IMG/VR virus record: IMGVR_UViG_3300029305_011619
DNA from: an uncultured virus (IMG/VR IMGVR_UViG_3300029305_011619)
Lineage: Duplodnaviria; Heunggongvirae; Uroviricota; Caudoviricetes
DNA: 20,000 bases
Direction: 5' to 3' (one strand)
The notes under the pieces were generated by a model. It ran no database searches. It was given only the letters and a program-made list of their open reading frames with translations, and had not been told where the DNA came from. The position numbers were made by a program, and so were the translations under genes. Positions 16,168-20,000 of the stretch are shown here, one piece after another. Numbering within the stretch: position 1 is the stretch's first letter; each line of letters opens with the position of its first letter.

Positions 16168-16373
16168 TGGCTGATATAACTTATTGTGTAAATTCCGATT
16201 GTCCTTTTTCAAAAGATTTTAATATTATTCAAAAGTATTTAAAGAAATATGGAATAGAAATTAAAGATGGAGATTTTGAACATAGAGAAGGATTTATGTA
16301 TGTGAAAGATAATCAAAGTGGAAAGGGATTTTATGTATCAAAAGAATTCATCGAAGACTATTTATTAAAATAA
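16167..16373 (+). CDS. Hypothetical protein
   Basis: 68 aa, TAATG coupled. Confidence 0.65.
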   Translation: MADITYCVNSDCPFSKDFNIIQKYLKKYGIEIKDGDFEHREGFMYVKDNQSGKGFYVSKEFIEDYLLK

Positions 16374-16499
16374 AGAGGTGATACAAAATGCTAGATATTA
16401 TATCATGGATTTTATTTTTTATGTCTATTTTTCTTTGCCTATGCGGAATTTCGACTTTGTTGTATATGATGTTTTCGTTTATAAAGGAGGAAAGAAAAC

Positions 16500-16898
16500 A
16501 TGACAGATAACGAGATTATTAAATCATTGTCAGTTCATAGAGATAGATTCGATTATAATTGCTTTGGTTGTTCATATCGAGGAATAAAATGTTCTTTTGA
16601 TTTGGCTGGTGACGCGTTTGACCTCATCAACCGCCAAAAGGCAGAGATTGAGAGGTTGCAAGCAGAAAATACTGACTTAAAAAAATCCATTGAAACTATG
16701 ACAAATGAACATATAAAGTTGGGATTTGAAGCGAAGAAACGGATTGAAAATGCCAAATCCGAAGCAATCAAAGAGTTTTGGAAGATGTTGAAAAGGAAAG
16801 CCTTTGGAATTATTGACCCAGATAGCAGTATCAAGGTAGTTGATGTTGCAGATGGGGACAACCTTGTAAAAGAAATGGAGGGTGGCACAAATGAGTGA
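16500..16898 (+). CDS. Phage Cys-rich/coiled-coil protein, paralog 1
   Basis: MTDNEIIK..DLINRQKAEIERL..KSEAIKEF..DNLVKE. Confidence 0.75.
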   Translation: MTDNEIIKSLSVHRDRFDYNCFGCSYRGIKCSFDLAGDAFDLINRQKAEIERLQAENTDLKKSIETMTNEHIKLGFEAKKRIENAKSEAIKEFWKMLKRKAFGIIDPDSSIKVVDVADGDNLVKEMEGGTNE

Positions 16899-17091
16899 TG
16901 TTAGTTTAATCGACGGTCACATTGATGATAAACATGATGATAAACATGATGAGAAGAAGCACGGCAAGTGGTTGCCTCAGCTTCTCTTAGGGCAGAAAGT
17001 GTGGGATTGTAGCGAGTGCAAAACGCTTGGCAGTCCGAGCTGGAATTGGTGTCCTGTTTGCGGTGCTGATATGCGAGGTGAAACAAAATGA
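16891..17091 (+). CDS. Phage zinc-ribbon protein with HDDK repeat
   Basis: KHGKW..CSEC..WCPVCGADMRG; paralog of the 15679 ORF. Confidence 0.75.
   Translation: MSDVSLIDGHIDDKHDDKHDEKKHGKWLPQLLLGQKVWDCSECKTLGSPSWNWCPVCGADMRGETK
16923..16952 (+). repeat. 12-bp in-frame tandem repeat (tgatgataaaca x2.5)
   Basis: Encodes DDKH-DDKH-DE. Confidence 0.8.
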
Positions 17092-17696
17092 AAGCTAAAA
17101 TAACAGATGAACAGATTTTCAAGGCTTTGGAGTGTTGTGCTAAAGAGGAAGATGGGAATTGTGCGATTCGTGGTTGTCCCTTGCACAAACATTGTGAAAA
17201 AGATATTCACACACTTGAAAAATCTGCTCTTGACCTCATCAAACGACAAGAGGCAGAGATTGAAAATTTGAAAATGCAGTTCAGCTATCTTGATAATGAG
17301 TGTTCCCGGCTTGAAAAAGAAACCGAGGAACAAATGGCAGAGATTGAGAGGTTGAATGCTAATTATGAAAAATTGCAATTAAAATATGAGAATGCGGTTA
17401 ATGATAATAAATTTTTAAAAAGGAAGAATAAAAAAGCCGAATCAGAAGCAATCAAAGAGTTTGCTGAGCGGGTACAAGAAGAAATTGCCGATTCTTTACA
17501 CAGCACTTACAAAGCAAGAGGTGAAAAGGCACAGGAAATACCGATTTATACTGAAAGTGAATTTTTAAGTTATTGTTCAGGAAAAATAGATTGTTTACTT
17601 GGTTTGGGTGATTTCATAGACAACCTTGTAAAAGAACTTGAAGCAGTTAAAGAATTAAATGAACGAGAGGATGTAAGTGATGGGACGGAATCGTAG
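17088..17696 (+). CDS. Phage Cys-rich/coiled-coil protein, paralog 2
   Basis: ITDEQIFKALECC..DLIKRQEAEIE..ESEAIKEFAER..DNLVKE. Confidence 0.75.
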   Translation: MKAKITDEQIFKALECCAKEEDGNCAIRGCPLHKHCEKDIHTLEKSALDLIKRQEAEIENLKMQFSYLDNECSRLEKETEEQMAEIERLNANYEKLQLKYENAVNDNKFLKRKNKKAESEAIKEFAERVQEEIADSLHSTYKARGEKAQEIPIYTESEFLSYCSGKIDCLLGLGDFIDNLVKELEAVKELNEREDVSDGTES

Positions 17697-17886
17697 CTAT
17701 GAGCGTAATCATAAGTTTGAAATTACAGTAGACGAAGCTGTATGTCTGGTAGAGTTTTTAGAAGCAGAATTTATACAAGGAATTGGTAGCGACCCAGACT
17801 GCATAGATCTATGGTATGTTAAAAACATACGTTCTGTATATGATAAACTCCAACAATTCACTGACATACATAATGGGGGTAATTAA
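17677..17886 (+). CDS. Hypothetical protein
   Basis: 69 aa, gagagg RBS. Confidence 0.6.
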   Translation: MMGRNRSYERNHKFEITVDEAVCLVEFLEAEFIQGIGSDPDCIDLWYVKNIRSVYDKLQQFTDIHNGGN

Positions 17887-17887
17887 T

Positions 17888-18355
17888 TTGATTAAGCATA
17901 TTAAATGCGATGTATTAAAAGCAGAAGCAGACGTTATTTGTCATCAGGTAAATTGCCAAGGTGTTATGGGAAGCGGAGTGGCTAAACAAATCAGAAATAA
18001 ATATCCTGAGGTTTTTGAAAAATATAATAAGTTTTGCTCCCACTTTGATAAAACTGATACCGAAAAAATGCTTGGTATGGTAGTTCCTGTAATGGTAGAA
18101 GATAACCGGAAGTTAGTTTGTAATCTGTTTTCTCAGAATAATTTTGGCTATGACGGTGGTCTATACACGGATTATAAAGCAATGAAGAAGTGTTTAAAGT
18201 ATGTAAGAGAAAATATCTCTCACGATCATGTAATTGCAATTCCATATTTAATGGGTTGTTATAGAGGCGGAGGAGATTGGAGTGTAGTATATAAATTAAT
18301 AGAAGAAATTTTAGGAGATAGAGAGGTGTTAATTTGTGAGTATGACGGAAAATAA
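17888..18355 (+). CDS. Macro domain protein (ADP-ribose binding/hydrolase)
   Basis: ICHQVNCQGVMGSGVAKQI and IAIPY.MGC.RGGGDW..V. Likely TTG start at 17888 after gggggt. Confidence 0.88.
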   Translation: MIKHIKCDVLKAEADVICHQVNCQGVMGSGVAKQIRNKYPEVFEKYNKFCSHFDKTDTEKMLGMVVPVMVEDNRKLVCNLFSQNNFGYDGGLYTDYKAMKKCLKYVRENISHDHVIAIPYLMGCYRGGGDWSVVYKLIEEILGDREVLICEYDGK

Positions 18356-19082
18356 ATTTGATCCAAAAATGGTCAAAGAAAGAATTATTAAGTGGATTCG
18401 GGAATGGTTTGAAGTAAACGGTAACGGATGCAATGCCGTTATAGGAATCTCAGGGGGGAAAGATAGTTCGATTTGCGCGGCTCTATGTGTAGAGGCGTTA
18501 GGAAAAGATAGAGTAGTTGGTGTTTTGATGCCGAATATAACACAAGATGATATTATTGATAGTTATAGAGTGGTTGAATTTTTAGGTATTCAATCTTACA
18601 CAATCCCGATTACTTTACCAGTTGCTAGTATACATAGTCAACTGGAGTATAGTGGTATGAATGTTACAAACCAAACCGCAATTAACCTACCGGCTAGGAT
18701 TAGAATGTCTGTTTTGTACGCTGTATCTCAATCATTAAACGGTAGAGTTATAAATACGTGTAATTTATCAGAAAATTGGATTGGGTATTCTACAAGATAT
18801 GGTGATGATGCAGGAGACATGTCTCCATTAGGAGATTTAACTGTCAAAGAAATCAAAATGTTAGGAAGAGAATTGGGCTTACCTATTGATCTTGTTGATA
18901 AAACACCGTCAGACGGTTTGTGCGGGAAAACAGACGAAGATAATTTTGGGTTTAGTTATGATGCTTTAGATAATTATATTCTTAACGGTGAATGCAGTGA
19001 CGAAGAAATCCGGGCTAAGATAGATGATTTACACAAGAAAAATCTATTTAAAACAAGACCTATGCCAACTTTTATAATGTAA
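18342..19082 (+). CDS. nadE: NH3-dependent NAD+ synthetase
   Basis: GISGGKDS PP-loop, NLPARIRM, NLSE..IGYSTRYGD, PSDGL, DE..FGFSY..LD. Confidence 0.93.
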   Translation: MTENKFDPKMVKERIIKWIREWFEVNGNGCNAVIGISGGKDSSICAALCVEALGKDRVVGVLMPNITQDDIIDSYRVVEFLGIQSYTIPITLPVASIHSQLEYSGMNVTNQTAINLPARIRMSVLYAVSQSLNGRVINTCNLSENWIGYSTRYGDDAGDMSPLGDLTVKEIKMLGRELGLPIDLVDKTPSDGLCGKTDEDNFGFSYDALDNYILNGECSDEEIRAKIDDLHKKNLFKTRPMPTFIM

Positions 19083-19094
19083 GGAGTTTTGTTT

Positions 19095-20000
19095 ATGATT
19101 TATTTAGATAATGCTGCTACAACACGAGTGTATCCAGCACTAAGGGGTACTATAGATAAATATATGTATGAAGAATATGGTAATCCTGGGAGCGCACACA
19201 AGTATGGAGAGATGGCAAAGGAAGCTATATGTAATTCGAGAAAAATAATTGGCGAATTTATCAACGCTGCGCCGGATAATATTACATTCACATCCTCTGG
19301 ATCAGAGGCGAACACATTGGCAATCCTTGGGCTGGAAAAATATTTAAAAAAATGTAAAAAGACTCATATAATTACATCTAAGTACGAGCATCATTCTGTT
19401 TTAAATGCATTTCATGAAATGGAACGAAGAGGATTTAGGGTTACATACATAGAACCGCATCGCGGTTATATCAGAGCCGATGATGTGAAAAATGCAATCA
19501 GACATAAAACAGGATTCGTTTCTATAATGTATGTAAATAATGAAATAGGAACTGTTAATGATATTAGCGCGATATACAACATATGCAAAGAGAGAGGTGT
19601 TATTTTCCATTCAGATTGCGTTCAGGCAGCAGGTACTTACAAAATACACGCAGAAGAAATGGCGGATATGATTTCTATATCAGGCCACAAGCTCCATGCT
19701 CCAAAGGGGACAGGTTGCTTATATGCTACTTGTATGGATTTACTATCTAATATTATATTTGGAGGAAACCAAGAAGCCGGTATTCGCCCTGGCACTGAAA
19801 ACGTGGCTGGAATAGTTGCACTTGGAGATGCGATAAGCCGTAATAATGTCTCGATTGAGAGAAATCATTCTGACACACTTAAAGGGTATTTTATTCAAAA
19901 ATTATTCCAGGAATGTGCCAAAAATGGTGTACGAGTTAGAGTTAACGAATTTCCTAAAAAAGTGTCTCCTAAAATAATAAGTATAACATTCCCTGATATC
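19095..20000 (+). CDS. iscS: Cysteine desulfurase (IscS/NifS family), 3'-truncated by window edge
   Basis: MIYLDNAATT, YGNPGSAH, FTSSGSEAN, EHHSV, NNEIG, FHSDCVQA, SGHKLHAPKG (PLP lysine), RPGTENV. Confidence 0.92.
   Translation, partial: MIYLDNAATTRVYPALRGTIDKYMYEEYGNPGSAHKYGEMAKEAICNSRKIIGEFINAAPDNITFTSSGSEANTLAILGLEKYLKKCKKTHIITSKYEHHSVLNAFHEMERRGFRVTYIEPHRGYIRADDVKNAIRHKTGFVSIMYVNNEIGTVNDISAIYNICKERGVIFHSDCVQAAGTYKIHAEEMADMISISGHKLHAPKGTGCLYATCMDLLSNIIFGGNQEAGIRPGTENVAGIVALGDAISRNNVSIERNHSDTLKGYFIQKLFQECAKNGVRVRVNEFPKKVSPKIISITFPDI

Noticed and set aside
5265..19610. Minus-strand and alternate-frame ORFs (e.g. 5265-5474, 7300-7494, 14020-14229, 15063-15389, 16553-16888, 16977-17378, 19100-19315, 19401-19610)
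   Set aside because: They are shadows of well-supported + strand genes that have RBSs and recognisable motifs.

Overview
AT-rich segment, coded almost entirely on the + strand, that looks like a large Firmicutes (Clostridia-like) phage or prophage. It opens with the 3' part of a retron-like reverse transcriptase (RT; YADD). A tRNA cluster follows (about 1150-3060), then about 45 mostly small phage ORFs. These include nicotinamidase, NAD+ synthetase, macro domain, NADAR, metallophosphoesterase, AbrB-like and cysteine desulfurase genes. Main observation: downstream of the RT lie four dispersed non-coding elements (860-1143, 1226-1479, 3062-3264, 5568-5781) with one shared retron msr-msd architecture. 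Each has terminal inverted repeats ending ...AT-G and starting AG-ATTG..., a variable stem-loop, a conserved covarying 20-nt hairpin (CTTYR-TGTnnnnnGC-YRAAG), and a different 140-180 nt, mostly hairpin-forming msd-like cargo. This suggests one phage RT with a multiplexed set of msDNA templates, several placed so that tRNA processing could release them. Also seen: an intact tRNA-Ile(UAU) nested inside the anticodon arm of another, split tRNA; unexplained structured RNAs between tRNAs; a PncA/NadE NAD+ salvage module; and a TAAAA-N6-TTTTA motif at gene junctions. All calls come from reading the sequence; no searches were run.
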